Assembly: GCA_963737155.1 (NCBI GenBank)
Contig: CAVTRN010000001.1
Coordinates: 1,440,001-1,504,000, forward strand
Length of the DNA: 64,000 bases
Origin: Nitrospirota bacterium
GTDB taxonomy: Bacteria > Nitrospirota > UBA9217
Reading direction: 5' to 3'
Shown: positions 11,191 through 21,585 of the stretch, in pieces
Layout: the number at the start of each line of letters is the position of its first letter
How positions within the stretch are numbered: the stretch's first letter is position 1
Notes under the pieces: model-generated
What the model was told of the DNA's origin: nothing
The model's input: only the letters and a program-made list of their open reading frames with translations
Database searches by the model: none
Translations under genes and position numbers: made by a program

Positions 11191-13518
11191 ATGGATCGTG
11201 ACAGCTGGCAGAATTATCAGGATCTGATCAACTGCATCCCTGATCCGGTCATTATTATCGATAATGGCTGCCGCATCACCATGGTCAACGATGCCCTGCT
11301 TGAAATGCAGGAAGATTCCCGCGAAAATCTTATAGGCAATTCCTGTCATAAAGTCCTTCATCACCAGGACCTCCCCTGTCAGATGTCCGAATGCGGTTGC
11401 CCCTTCAAGGAAGTTCTCAGCTCAGGGAAGCCGCTCAAGCTGACCCACCGCCATTTTTCGAAGCAGCGGAAAGAAGTCCTTGTGGAGCTGGTGGCTTCTC
11501 CGATCAAAAGCAGCGACGGCGCAATAGTCGGGATGCTCGAGTTAATACGTGATGTCACCATCAGTGCGCGACTTGAAGAGAAGAGCAGACAGTCGCTCGC
11601 ATTTCTAACAAGTGTTCTCGAAGGCATCGGTGAAGGCGTTGTGGTGGTGGACAGAGACTATCGCATCCTCTCTGCAAACAAGGGTTACCTCAATCAAGTG
11701 GGAAGTGTGCATGAGCATGTCGTGGGAAGGCATTGTTATGAAGTATCGCACCACTTTGCATCTCTCTGCAGTGGGAGCAAGCATGATTGTCCGGTGCGTG
11801 TCGTGTTTGAAACAGGCCGTCCAGAGAAGGCCATGCATGTACACTATGACCAACAAGGCAGGGAAATCTACGTTGAATGCCATGCCTATCCTATTGAGGA
11901 CTCGTCAGGCCAGGTCATCAGCGCTATCGAGACCCTGAATGATGTTACCGAGCGCGTGCAGCTGGAGTGGATGCTCAAGGAGTCTGAAGAAAAGTACCGA
12001 GACCTGTATGATAATGCGCCGGACGGATATTATTCTCTTGCTGAGAATGGCCTCATTGTTGAAGTGAACAAAACTTTTCTGGACATGCTCGGCTATCGCC
12101 GTGACGCAGTTGTTCGGAAACTGTTTATTGAAGAACTGTTGTCCGAAGACAGCATCCAGATATGCCACAAAATATTTCCGGAGCTAAAAAAGACTGGCAG
12201 GATAGAGCACTTGGAATTGACTCTGGTGAGGAAAGATGGATCGTTACTGCCGATTATGATGAATGCCTCGGCTTTATATGGAGAAGAAGGCAACTTTTTC
12301 ATGAGCCGGTCGGTGGTTCGGGATATATCAGAACGGAAAAAGGCCGATGAAGATAAACGAAAACTTCGGGAGCAGCTGTATCAGTCGCAGAAATTGGAAG
12401 CACTCGGGACGCTTGCGGGAGGGATCGCCCATGACTTCAATAACCTACTGGCATCCATCCTCGGCTACTCTGCCCTTGCAAAGGTGGATTTAAACGACGG
12501 AGATCCGTTGTATCGCCACATCGAGATCATAGAGAATGCGTCGCTGCGTGCGTCGGAACTGACCGAGCAGCTGCTTGCTTTCGCAAAAGGCGGGAAATAC
12601 GATGCAAAGCCCAATGATGTCAATATCATTGTGGGAGATGTAGCCGCGCTCCTAGTACGCACAATCGGCAAAAATATCACGCTGAATGTCAATACTGACA
12701 AAAATCTCCGGCCTGCTATCTGCGATGCTGGCCAGATCCATCAGGCTATTCTGAATCTGAGCATCAATGGACGCGATTCCATGCCTCAGGGCGGGAAGCT
12801 TACCATCCGGACGGAAAACGTCCGGATGGATATAACAGACGTACAGTATCTCGTCGATGTCCCGCCGGGCGATTATGTCCGCATATCCGTGTCCGACACC
12901 GGCGCAGGAATGGATCGCCAGACCCAACAGCATATGTTCGAGCCTTTCTTTACCACCAAGGAAAAGGGAACCGGTTTGGGACTGGCTCTCGTGTACGGCA
13001 TCATTAAAAAGCACAACGGGTTTATTCAGGTATGCAGCGAACCAGGACGTGGATCGCTGTTTGAAGTGAACCTCATTGCCTGCACCGACGAGTATGTTTG
13101 TACGGAAAAGGGGGATAGAATGGAACTACCTCGCGGCACCGGGACGATCCTGGTAGTGGATGACGAGCCGCTTGTCATGCAACTTGCCAGAGATATCTTG
13201 AAACGCTTCGGTTACAGTGTGCTGACCGCGGGTTGCGGAGAGGAAGCCGTGGCGCTTTATCGGCAGCAGCCCGGGGAGATTAAGGCTGTCGTACTTGACA
13301 TCGTTATGCCCGGCATGGATGGGAGGGAAGTTTTTCGGCAGCTTCGTAACGTTAATCCCCATGTTACTGTCATTATTTCAAGCGGGCACAGTCATGACAG
13401 TGATGCCGACGATCTGCTGATGCAGGGCGTAGCCGGTTTTGTGCAGAAACCCTATCGGATTGCCGATCTTCTCCATGTGGTGAAAGACGCAGTGGAGGGA
13501 GCGAACAGGGGCAAGTAG
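11191..13518 (+). CDS. PAS-domain hybrid sensor histidine kinase/response regulator
   Basis: Three PAS domains, H-box GGIAHDFNNLL, FEPFFTTK..GTGLGL, C-terminal receiver (ILVVDDE..LDIVMPGMDG). Confidence 0.93.
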   Translation: MDRDSWQNYQDLINCIPDPVIIIDNGCRITMVNDALLEMQEDSRENLIGNSCHKVLHHQDLPCQMSECGCPFKEVLSSGKPLKLTHRHFSKQRKEVLVELVASPIKSSDGAIVGMLELIRDVTISARLEEKSRQSLAFLTSVLEGIGEGVVVVDRDYRILSANKGYLNQVGSVHEHVVGRHCYEVSHHFASLCSGSKHDCPVRVVFETGRPEKAMHVHYDQQGREIYVECHAYPIEDSSGQVISAIETLNDVTERVQLEWMLKESEEKYRDLYDNAPDGYYSLAENGLIVEVNKTFLDMLGYRRDAVVRKLFIEELLSEDSIQICHKIFPELKKTGRIEHLELTLVRKDGSLLPIMMNASALYGEEGNFFMSRSVVRDISERKKADEDKRKLREQLYQSQKLEALGTLAGGIAHDFNNLLASILGYSALAKVDLNDGDPLYRHIEIIENASLRASELTEQLLAFAKGGKYDAKPNDVNIIVGDVAALLVRTIGKNITLNVNTDKNLRPAICDAGQIHQAILNLSINGRDSMPQGGKLTIRTENVRMDITDVQYLVDVPPGDYVRISVSDTGAGMDRQTQQHMFEPFFTTKEKGTGLGLALVYGIIKKHNGFIQVCSEPGRGSLFEVNLIACTDEYVCTEKGDRMELPRGTGTILVVDDEPLVMQLARDILKRFGYSVLTAGCGEEAVALYRQQPGEIKAVVLDIVMPGMDGREVFRQLRNVNPHVTVIISSGHSHDSDADDLLMQGVAGFVQKPYRIADLLHVVKDAVEGANRGK

Positions 13519-13598
13519 CAAAGATATTGTTCACAGATTCTTCTACGCTTCCGAGGTTTTTCCATGCTTCTTGTCATATGTCTCTTGCCTTTTTTTAC

Positions 13599-13849
13599 CG
13601 AAACATCCCGAGAAAGCCCCTGCTTTTAGCCATGGGGAAGAATGCGGTAACTTAGCAACTACAGGACTTACTTATGTGATATAGTTGGTGCTTAAATGTC
13701 CAGTAAAGTAAAAATGCAATCTTTTATCCATGAGTCTCGCCTTGTAGCGACTTCCAAAGACTACCGGATGCTCAATATCCGTCCGTTGCTGCCAGGCGAT
13801 TGCTAGTACTGCCGTTAGAACCCTTGGCCTTAGACATGGGACGGTTCAG
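13599..13849 (+). mobile_element. Non-autonomous IS200/IS605 derivative (~250 bp, internally deleted tnpB)
   Basis: TTAC target, left hairpin AAAG-cccctgcttttagccatgggg, TnpB-like N-terminal fragment (SFIHESRLVATSKDYRMLNIR), right hairpin GAAC-ccttggccttagacatggg-acggTTCA. Confidence 0.7.
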
Positions 13850-14697
13850 GGATTCTGTAATTTCGCGGCTTTTACAACGTGTTTTAACAGAACCCGCGTG
13901 GTTACAGTACCGACGCCGCCGGGTACGGGTGTAATGGAGCCCGCAACTTCCTTGGCAGGCTCGGTGTCAACATCGCCGAAGAGCTTATCTCCCTCCACGT
14001 TAATACCGACATCCATGACCGTTGCACCGTTTTTAATGTAGTCTTTCGTGATCATCCTAGCCTTCCCGATGGCGGCCACCAGGATGTCGGCGCGGCGGCA
14101 GACGCCGGGAAGGTCCTGCGTACGGGAATGACACACCGTGACCGTGGCGTTTTCGCCCAGTAGCAGCATGGACATGGGCTTGCCCACGACCATTGAGCGA
14201 CCGATGACTACGGCTTCTTTTCCACTCATTGGAACCTGATAGAAGCGTAGGATTTCCATCACCGCCTGTGGCGTTGCGGGCGGGAATCCAGTCATGTCTC
14301 CGGCCATGATTTTGCCGGCATTCACCGGGTTAAAGCAGTCAACATCCTTTTCCGGCGCAAGAATGTGCTTGACAACCTCCTCAGTGATCTGCTTAGGGAA
14401 GGGGCGCATGACAATAATGCCGCTGATGTTTCTGTCCGCGTTTCGCTCTTTCAATATCCTGACGAAATCATTCTGGCTCGTTGTGCCGGGTAGCTGTTCG
14501 ATTTCGCAGGCGATCCCGTTTTTCTCAGCCATCTTTTTCGCGCTATTCGCGTAGGTGACTGAATCGGCTGCTTCTCCCACGATCATGATCCTGAGCGCCG
14601 GATTGACGCCTTTCGCCTTGAGTTCCTGCACGTCTTTCTGGATGTCCTGGTCCATTTTCTGAGCCACTTCTTTACCGGTTAATAGTTTTGCTGGCAT
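13846..14697 (-). CDS. folD: Bifunctional methylenetetrahydrofolate dehydrogenase/cyclohydrolase
   Basis: PEKDVD, PATPQAV, GRSMVVGKP, DVGIN and ITPVPGGVG motifs. Confidence 0.95.
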   Translation of the reverse strand: MPAKLLTGKEVAQKMDQDIQKDVQELKAKGVNPALRIMIVGEAADSVTYANSAKKMAEKNGIACEIEQLPGTTSQNDFVRILKERNADRNISGIIVMRPFPKQITEEVVKHILAPEKDVDCFNPVNAGKIMAGDMTGFPPATPQAVMEILRFYQVPMSGKEAVVIGRSMVVGKPMSMLLLGENATVTVCHSRTQDLPGVCRRADILVAAIGKARMITKDYIKNGATVMDVGINVEGDKLFGDVDTEPAKEVAGSITPVPGGVGTVTTRVLLKHVVKAAKLQNP

Positions 14698-14814
14698 GGA
14701 TGCTCCTTATTTGTAGTAAGAGGATCAAGTATCATGGACCAAGTGGCACGGGAAAGAGGAGACGCATGAAAAGAAAGTACTTCCTTATCCCCTGTTGTTC
14801 GATCCTTGTATTGT

Positions 14815-15441
14815 TTATCCCATCTTTTTATACGTCGTTGCCATCACTGATTTTTCAAGGGCTGCAACCCGTGCGAGAACATATTCCATGCGGGACCAGG
14901 TTGCATTGTTATAGGATTCGTCTTTGATGCTGTTTACATTGATTTTAACATTTAGCGCTGCACTCTGAGCGCAGGCCTGGGCCAGAAGCACGGCGACGCC
15001 GGCATCGCTCACCGCGGCAACATTGCCGATATCAGCGGCGCGCTCTGCGAGTTTGGCCACATCGAGGGACTTCAGGCCGATCTCGAGGGGGACCTGGCAG
15101 GCTTTTTTGAGGGCCTCCTGCATTTTAGCGGTGCGGGCCGCCTTTTCTGCGTCTGTGTTCTTCGGCATTTTATACACTTCCGAGAGGGCGCCGTATGCCT
15201 CCGTATCCTTCTGGATCAGCTCTTGCATTTCTCCGCGAAGTTTTTCCGATTCCGTCAGGAGAGCCTCGATTTGCGGTTGAACATCCTTGTACTTTTCCTT
15301 TCCGAGCGTCAGGTTTGACACCATGCTGACGAGCGCCGCCCCGAGCGATCCAGTAAGTGCAGCCACGCTTCCACCACCCGGCTCGGGTGATTTACTTGCC
15401 AGCTTATCCATGAAATGCCGTAAAGGTTGATCGATATACAC
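14815..15441 (-). CDS. Formiminotetrahydrofolate cyclodeaminase/cyclohydrolase family protein
   Basis: LASKSPEPGGGSVAAL..GNVAAVSDAGVA..LNVKIN; GTG start after ggagg; adjacent to folD. Confidence 0.9.
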   Translation of the reverse strand: MYIDQPLRHFMDKLASKSPEPGGGSVAALTGSLGAALVSMVSNLTLGKEKYKDVQPQIEALLTESEKLRGEMQELIQKDTEAYGALSEVYKMPKNTDAEKAARTAKMQEALKKACQVPLEIGLKSLDVAKLAERAADIGNVAAVSDAGVAVLLAQACAQSAALNVKINVNSIKDESYNNATWSRMEYVLARVAALEKSVMATTYKKMG

Positions 15442-15696
15442 AGCTACCTCCAAGTTTTGTTAAGTGATGTGGGATAAAAAGAATAATGAAAGAGCGATAT
15501 TTTGTCAATAAAAAATTTCGAGTCTGTTCATTTCGGCAAAAACTTCAAGGAACCAGCGGAAGGCTAATTATAATTAGATTCACTTATAGTCGCAATTTGA
15601 GAATAAATCAATCAGAAAATATTAAACTTTCTCTTGACTCTATTTGGCGAGCTTTGGTATTATAAAGATTGCCGATCGAGGGGGATTGTAACGTTC

Positions 15697-16413
15697 ATGG
15701 ATATTTCACACGGATTAACGTTCTCTGTCTTGTTATTTTCGTCGTTTATGGGACTTATCTCCTTCGCTTCTCCTTGTATACTGCCACTGATACCTTCCTA
15801 TGTATCATATATTACCGGGATCAGCTATGATGAGCTCGTAAGCCGCGAATCGCGTAAGCGCAACATGAACATAACCCTGCTGCACTCGCTTGCATTCGTC
15901 GCCGGTTTCACGATCATCTTTGTGCTGCTCGGAGCGACAGCAAGTCTAGCTGGTAGCGTCCTTTTCCGGCATCTCGATGTCATACGGATTGCCGGCGGCA
16001 TTCTTATCATTATCATGGGCATATTCGTCATGGACGTCGTAAATATTCCCTTTCTGCAGCGCGAGGCTAAGCTGCATCTGAAGACGCGTCCCGTGGGGTT
16101 CGTGGGAACACTCATTGTGGGGATGATTTTTGGGGCGGGCTGGACTCCCTGCACGGGTCCCTTCCTGGGATCGGTTCTTGCGCTGGCCATGGAAACAGAT
16201 ACCATGGGTAGAGGAATGGCGCTTCTTACATTTTATTCGCTTGGCCTGGGAATCCCCTTTATTGTTTCAGCCATTGCGATCAGCGCTTTCCTGTCTTCGT
16301 TCAACAGGCTGAAAAAACATTTTAAAATCATTAAAATAGTGAGTGGCGCTGTTCTGATCGTAATGGGCGTGCTCCTCATCATGGATAAAATGACGATCCT
16401 GATAATTCATTAG
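15697..16413 (+). CDS. ccdA: Cytochrome c biogenesis protein CcdA
   Basis: SFASPCILPLIP and GWTPCTGP motifs, multiple TM helices. Confidence 0.92.
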   Translation: MDISHGLTFSVLLFSSFMGLISFASPCILPLIPSYVSYITGISYDELVSRESRKRNMNITLLHSLAFVAGFTIIFVLLGATASLAGSVLFRHLDVIRIAGGILIIIMGIFVMDVVNIPFLQREAKLHLKTRPVGFVGTLIVGMIFGAGWTPCTGPFLGSVLALAMETDTMGRGMALLTFYSLGLGIPFIVSAIAISAFLSSFNRLKKHFKIIKIVSGAVLIVMGVLLIMDKMTILIIH

Positions 16414-16437
16414 AAATTCTAGGGGAAGAAGGAAATT

Positions 16438-16860
16438 ATGCCAGCAGACGGTTTGGATGTATTAAAAGACAAGGATGCGCCTCTCTACACAATGGGTGTT
16501 GCCGCCAAGCTCGTGGGAACCACAGCCCAGACCCTACGGCTTTACGAGAAACATGGATTGATCCTCCCGACGCGGGAGCGCAGGAACCGGCTGTATACAG
16601 AGAACGATATCAAATGGTTAAGATGCATCCGCGAGCTGATTCATTCCAAGAAAATCAGTATCGAAGGCATCAAGAAACTACTCGATTACGCCCCCTGCTG
16701 GGAGATCAAGGACTGTCCTGATGAACGCCGGGTTGTCTGCACGGCTTTCACTGACAAGGGCAAACCCTGCTGGGAAACAACCCGGTGCCGCATGGAAAAT
16801 GACTGTTCTACCTGCGTTGTATTCCTGAAGAACGAGAAAAAAGCGACAAAGAAGCAATAA
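16438..16860 (+). CDS. MerR-family regulator with Cys-rich (two-CW) C-terminal domain
   Basis: TLRLYEKHGLI..RLYTENDI HTH; PCWE..C..C..PCWE..C..CSTC. Confidence 0.85.
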   Translation: MPADGLDVLKDKDAPLYTMGVAAKLVGTTAQTLRLYEKHGLILPTRERRNRLYTENDIKWLRCIRELIHSKKISIEGIKKLLDYAPCWEIKDCPDERRVVCTAFTDKGKPCWETTRCRMENDCSTCVVFLKNEKKATKKQ

Positions 16861-16912
16861 TAGCTGTTCAAATCGCTTGAAAACTGTTTTTAGACGGTTT
16901 GTATTACAATTT

Positions 16913-17587
16913 TCAAGGATGCTCCTCCACCCAGACCTCTCCTGTTGGCGTTGTTTCCTTCTTCCAGATAGGGGTAATCCTCTTTAACTCATCAATGCAG
17001 AAACGGCAAGCTTTGAATGCCTCGTCACGGTGGGCCGCGGCAACGGCGATCAGCACGATATCCTCCCCCACCGGAATCGTTCCAATGCGATGCACGATCG
17101 TCACATCGATCACCCCGAAGTCTGAGATTGCCTGGGTCCTGATCTCAGACAATTTCTTTTCCGCCATGCCCGGATAATGTTCGAACTCTAGCTTCGTGAC
17201 CTCTTTGCCCTTCGATACATCCCTCGTTGTGCCGATGAAGTTGACGAGTGCGCCGATGGAGGTCGAAGACCTCTTAAGCGATTCTACTTCCTGTTCGAGC
17301 GAGAAGGGTTTTTGCTGAATACGGATGCGACCGGACGTTTCATTTCCTCCTGCAAAAGGTGGCATAAGCGCAATCTCATCGCCGTCCTTGACAAGGGCGT
17401 TGTACTTGACGAACTCCTGGTTCACCGAGACCATGATGGCGCACGAGGTAAGGATATCTGATAAGACGGGAAGTTCCCCAGACACCTGACGGAGGAGGTC
17501 TGATACAGCCTCAGTTTTGCCCGGGAGTTGGATTTCACCTGTGCCAGCTTTGTCTTTCAGTATGGCGAATAGTTTGATAGTGATCAT
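16913..17587 (-). CDS. moaE: Fused molybdopterin synthase MoaD-MoaE
   Basis: N-terminal MoaD (IKLFA..DGDEIALMPPFAGG) followed by MoaE (HRIG..HRDEAF..IDELK..PIWKKE). Confidence 0.92.
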   Translation of the reverse strand: MITIKLFAILKDKAGTGEIQLPGKTEAVSDLLRQVSGELPVLSDILTSCAIMVSVNQEFVKYNALVKDGDEIALMPPFAGGNETSGRIRIQQKPFSLEQEVESLKRSSTSIGALVNFIGTTRDVSKGKEVTKLEFEHYPGMAEKKLSEIRTQAISDFGVIDVTIVHRIGTIPVGEDIVLIAVAAAHRDEAFKACRFCIDELKRITPIWKKETTPTGEVWVEEHP

Positions 17588-17971
17588 CTGGTTTTTAACC
17601 TCACTTACAGAGATGCAGGACGGAGATCACACCGGCTCACGATAGGGAGAGCGCCTGAATAATTTTCACAAAGAAGGTATCACCGTTATTTCCGAAATGC
17701 CAGGAACGACCCCGTTCACGATCTCCATGGCCCCTTTTACGGTCTGAACAAGATTCGGGATAAGAGCAGGTCTTTGTGTGAGCTGGACTTCGAATTGCTG
17801 CCACGAACTCTGCACACCGTTTCGGATCGGTACGAGTCAATTGTAAATTAAAATGGGTCAGGCCAGCCACTAAACTGAGTACTGCGAGCAGTATCCAACC
17901 GATCATATGCATTAATTGGAAATTCATTCATTCGTTTGCAAAAATGCTGATATTATAGATCAATCAAGATA

Positions 17972-18811
17972 TCATTCTCCGGCAAGGAGCGGCTTATCAG
18001 AATGTGCAAAAACTCCCCTCGATTCCGCCTCCACGAAGAGCCTGTGGATTGCGCGCAATCCTTCCGCACCCAAATCCAGAGAAAAATCATTTACGTAGAG
18101 ATCGATGTGACTTTTCATCACCGCTTTATCCATTTCCTGACTATGCTGCTTGCAATAATCCATGACTTCGTCGAGATGCGTCCGGGCATAGTTAAGACTT
18201 TCTTGTACAGCGGCCTCGACCCGGAGAAGCAAGTCCCGGCCGAGGGAGCGCCTTCCCAGAATTCCGCCGAGCGGAATTGGGAGTCCTGAGTAGTCTTCCC
18301 ACCATTTGCCAAGATCGAGCAGATTCGCGAGATTGTACAGAGGATAGGTGAAACGACTTTCATGAATTATGAGCCCCGCCTGAACTTCTCCACTTGATAC
18401 CGCATTCATTATTTTATCAAAGGTCATGATGCGTACCGAGGAGATCGAAGGATCAAACAAGCGAAGAAGGAGATAGGCTGTCGTGAGCTTGCCGGGGATC
18501 GCAATGACACCGTGTTTGAGATCGGCAATACGGGTTCCCGGTTTACCGACAATGAGCGGACCGCAACCCCTGCCGAGCGCGCTGCCGGAACGAAGGAGAG
18601 CATAGCGCGTTCGCAAATGACCAAGAGCATGGTACGAAATTTTTGTGATGTCCAGCGCGCCGTCGAGTGCCATCTGGTTCAGCGTCTCGACATCTTCAAG
18701 CTGTTCGCGAAAGGCAACCCCCGGGATTACGACCTTCCCGTGGATGAGCGCATGAAAGATGAACGTATCGTTCGGGCAGGGAGAATAGCCGATGGTAATG
18801 GTCTGCGTCAT
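17972..18811 (-). CDS. mqnD: 1,4-dihydroxy-6-naphthoate synthase (futalosine pathway)
   Basis: IGYSPCPNDTFIF, ALGRGCGPL, IIHESRFTY, LPIPLGG; start placed at MTQTIT, overlapping the mqnB stop. Confidence 0.93.
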   Translation of the reverse strand: MTQTITIGYSPCPNDTFIFHALIHGKVVIPGVAFREQLEDVETLNQMALDGALDITKISYHALGHLRTRYALLRSGSALGRGCGPLIVGKPGTRIADLKHGVIAIPGKLTTAYLLLRLFDPSISSVRIMTFDKIMNAVSSGEVQAGLIIHESRFTYPLYNLANLLDLGKWWEDYSGLPIPLGGILGRRSLGRDLLLRVEAAVQESLNYARTHLDEVMDYCKQHSQEMDKAVMKSHIDLYVNDFSLDLGAEGLRAIHRLFVEAESRGVFAHSDKPLLAGE

Positions 18812-19536
18812 GAAGCCCAGCCCTCCACTATGAACCGGACAGCCTGCTGCACAGCCAGTGCCGCCTTGGGTGTGTCCCAATTCCGGATATCGCGGTCTTC
18901 CACGATGTTCGAAATTCCGCGAACCTCGATCCAGGGAATCCCGTGCAGTGCAGCAACATGGGCCGCAGCTGCGCCTTCCATATTTTCGCACAACCCATGA
19001 TAGAGGTTCTCCAGATCTCGTGCTCGCGCGGAGGTCCCGGTGCAGGTAGAAAGGGTGACGAAGGTTCCGATATGCACCTCCTGTGCTAAGGTTTGCCGGT
19101 GGGAGACGAGTGTCTTGAGCGCATGCTTCAACGGAGCTTCCGCGGCTGGATAGGTTGTGTATATAACCGACGTGGCTGTCTGAAGGAGTGGAATGCCAAT
19201 GAACTTAGTATCCTTGAACCCGTCGAGAGTTAGCACGCCTTCATCGCCGGCGATTTCTTCCTTTGCGAGAGCAACATCGCCGATCTTCGCTCCTGAAGAG
19301 GGATAAGCGCCGCCAATGCCGAAGATGATCAGTGTTTCCGGTTTGTATTGCGCCAAGAGCGTTGCGGCATGGGCTGCGTTGACCTTTCCCATTCCACCGG
19401 CGCAGACGATAACACGCTGTCCAGCGATTATCCCTGCAATGATCGACTTGGAGCCCGCCGTTTTGGTCTCAGACGCCGACACCGATGCTAAGATGTGCTC
19501 GACTTCGGCTCGGACGGAGCAGAGGAGGGCTATCAT
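18808..19536 (-). CDS. mqnB: Futalosine hydrolase
   Basis: GGMGKVNAA, GIGGAY, CENMEGAAAAH..EVRGISN; adjacent to mqnD. Confidence 0.9.
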   Translation of the reverse strand: MIALLCSVRAEVEHILASVSASETKTAGSKSIIAGIIAGQRVIVCAGGMGKVNAAHAATLLAQYKPETLIIFGIGGAYPSSGAKIGDVALAKEEIAGDEGVLTLDGFKDTKFIGIPLLQTATSVIYTTYPAAEAPLKHALKTLVSHRQTLAQEVHIGTFVTLSTCTGTSARARDLENLYHGLCENMEGAAAAHVAALHGIPWIEVRGISNIVEDRDIRNWDTPKAALAVQQAVRFIVEGWAS

Positions 19537-19783
19537 GTAAGATTCCCCTATATCTATTTGAAAAATTATGATTTAAAATGTTTTATGCCAAGTTCAGAGA
19601 GACTATAACCAGTATGTAAAACATTGGATTACTCTAAAAATACTCTTAAATATACCACAGTTTTAATTGCACTTCCATGGCAAATTTGTTATCATAGGCG
19701 CGATTTTAAAGGATTTTCCGAGTGAACCCTTTTTCCATTCAAGGGAGCGGCGTAGAGGGATGTCGCATTACTGGAGGGGGAAG

Positions 19784-20995
19784 ATGTTAAGATTTTTAAC
19801 AGCGGGAGAATCCCATGGCGAATTGCTGATGGGGATTATAGAAGGTATGCCTGCCGGTCTTCTTATCCGGGTCACCGATATAGACCGCGATCTTAGCCGA
19901 CGGCAAGCAGGCTACGGTCGCGGAAACCGCATGAAAATCGAAAAGGACTCAGTAAAGATTTATACCGGCGTGCGATGGGGAAAAACGCTTGGTGGCCCCA
20001 TCGGCTTGATGATCAGGAATAAGGATTGGGAAAACTGGCGCGATAAGATGTCCCCAGATCCGATGTTTCTGAATTCCGCTGACCCGGTCACCCGTCCTCG
20101 TCCGGGCCATGCTGACTTGGCGGGCGTTCTCAAATATGGCATGACTGACATCCGAAATATCCTCGAACGCTCGAGCGCAAGGGAGACGGCCATGCGTGTG
20201 GCAATCGGCGCCGTGGCAAAGCGGCTGCTTGACGAGTTTGGTATTGATGTGGTGAGCCATGTCCTTAGTATTGACGGCGTTTTCGCCAAAGTACCCAAGC
20301 TATCGGTTGCTGATCTTAAAAAACGCGTTGAGGCCTCCGAACTGCGGTGTGTTGACACCGAGGCGGAAAAACGGATGATGCGGCGGATTGATGAGACAAA
20401 GTTGGCCGGTGATTCACTGGGCGGTGTGTTTGAAGTGATCATCAGTGGTGTGCCAGCTGGACTCGGCAGTCATTCTCACTGGGACCGGAAACTGGACGGC
20501 AGGCTTGCGGCGGCGCTTATGAGTATCCAGGCCATCAAAGGCGTGGAGATCGGTGCGGGCTTTGGAGCGGCAAACCGCCCAGGCTCGATGGTGCACGATG
20601 AAATTTTCTGGAACAGGAAAGATGGCTTTTACCGGAAGACTAATATGGCCGGCGGGATTGAGGGTGGTATCAGCAACGGGGAGATCATTACGCTCCGCTC
20701 CGCCATGAAGCCCATCCCTACGCTCATGAAGCCTCTCCGCTCTGTTGACTTGACAACCAGAAAACCTTTCAAAGCGAGCGTCGAACGATCGGATGTCTGC
20801 GCCGTGCCCGCGGCCGGAGTAGTTGCCGAGTCAACGGTTGCCTTTGAGGTCGCATCGGCCATGATCGAGAAGTTCGGCGGCGATAATATTGACGAAATGA
20901 AGAGGAACTACCACGGGTACCTGACGCACCTCAAGGCTCGAATGGGCGTGGAGGAGGAGCAGGGGAAGAGGTTGAAGTCGGCAGGCAAAAGATAG
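19784..20995 (+). CDS. aroC: Chorismate synthase
   Basis: MLRFLTAGESHG, RPRPGHAD, ERSSARETA, MKPIPTL motifs. Confidence 0.97.
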   Translation: MLRFLTAGESHGELLMGIIEGMPAGLLIRVTDIDRDLSRRQAGYGRGNRMKIEKDSVKIYTGVRWGKTLGGPIGLMIRNKDWENWRDKMSPDPMFLNSADPVTRPRPGHADLAGVLKYGMTDIRNILERSSARETAMRVAIGAVAKRLLDEFGIDVVSHVLSIDGVFAKVPKLSVADLKKRVEASELRCVDTEAEKRMMRRIDETKLAGDSLGGVFEVIISGVPAGLGSHSHWDRKLDGRLAAALMSIQAIKGVEIGAGFGAANRPGSMVHDEIFWNRKDGFYRKTNMAGGIEGGISNGEIITLRSAMKPIPTLMKPLRSVDLTTRKPFKASVERSDVCAVPAAGVVAESTVAFEVASAMIEKFGGDNIDEMKRNYHGYLTHLKARMGVEEEQGKRLKSAGKR

Positions 20996-21069
20996 AAAAA
21001 ATTCTGGACGCCGGGCTGCACTGATATTTATTACCTTCCTCTGATTCCTCCGAGGCGAAACTAAGAACT

Positions 21070-21585
21070 ATGTTCAAGAACATCATTCTAACGGGGTTCA
21101 TGGGCGTCGGCAAAACAAGCGTTGGTATGCGATTGGCGAAGGATATAGGATTTTCCTTCGTAGACACCGACGATCTCATCGAGGCTGATCAGAAGATGAC
21201 CATCACCGAAATTTTCGCGAAACTTGGCGAGCACCACTTCCGTGATATCGAGTCTGGGATCATTCAACGGGTTATGGTTGGTGAAAACCAGGTTATCTCA
21301 ACCGGCGGCGGTGCCATGATCCGGGACGGAAACCGGGCAGCATTCAAGAAAGCAGGCCTTGTGGTCTGCCTGTCTGCCCGGCCCGAGGTGATCTACAAGC
21401 GCATCAGGCTTGAGACACATCGTCCCCTGCTCCAGACACCGGACCCCCTGGCAAAGATCAAGGAAATGCTCGACAGCCGCGCTGCATTTTATGCTCAGGC
21501 CGATGTGACCATCGATACTTCGGAAAAATCCATCGACGATATAATCCTCAGGATTAAAGAGAGAATTAAGCATGCATACTGTTAA
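21070..21585 (+). CDS. aroK: Shikimate kinase
   Basis: GFMGVGKTS P-loop, DTD, STGGG, RPLL. Confidence 0.95.
   Translation: MFKNIILTGFMGVGKTSVGMRLAKDIGFSFVDTDDLIEADQKMTITEIFAKLGEHHFRDIESGIIQRVMVGENQVISTGGGAMIRDGNRAAFKKAGLVVCLSARPEVIYKRIRLETHRPLLQTPDPLAKIKEMLDSRAAFYAQADVTIDTSEKSIDDIILRIKERIKHAYC

Noticed and set aside
17637-17927. 96-aa ORF between mqnD and moaD-moaE
   Set aside because: No recognisable motif or RBS; possibly a remnant.
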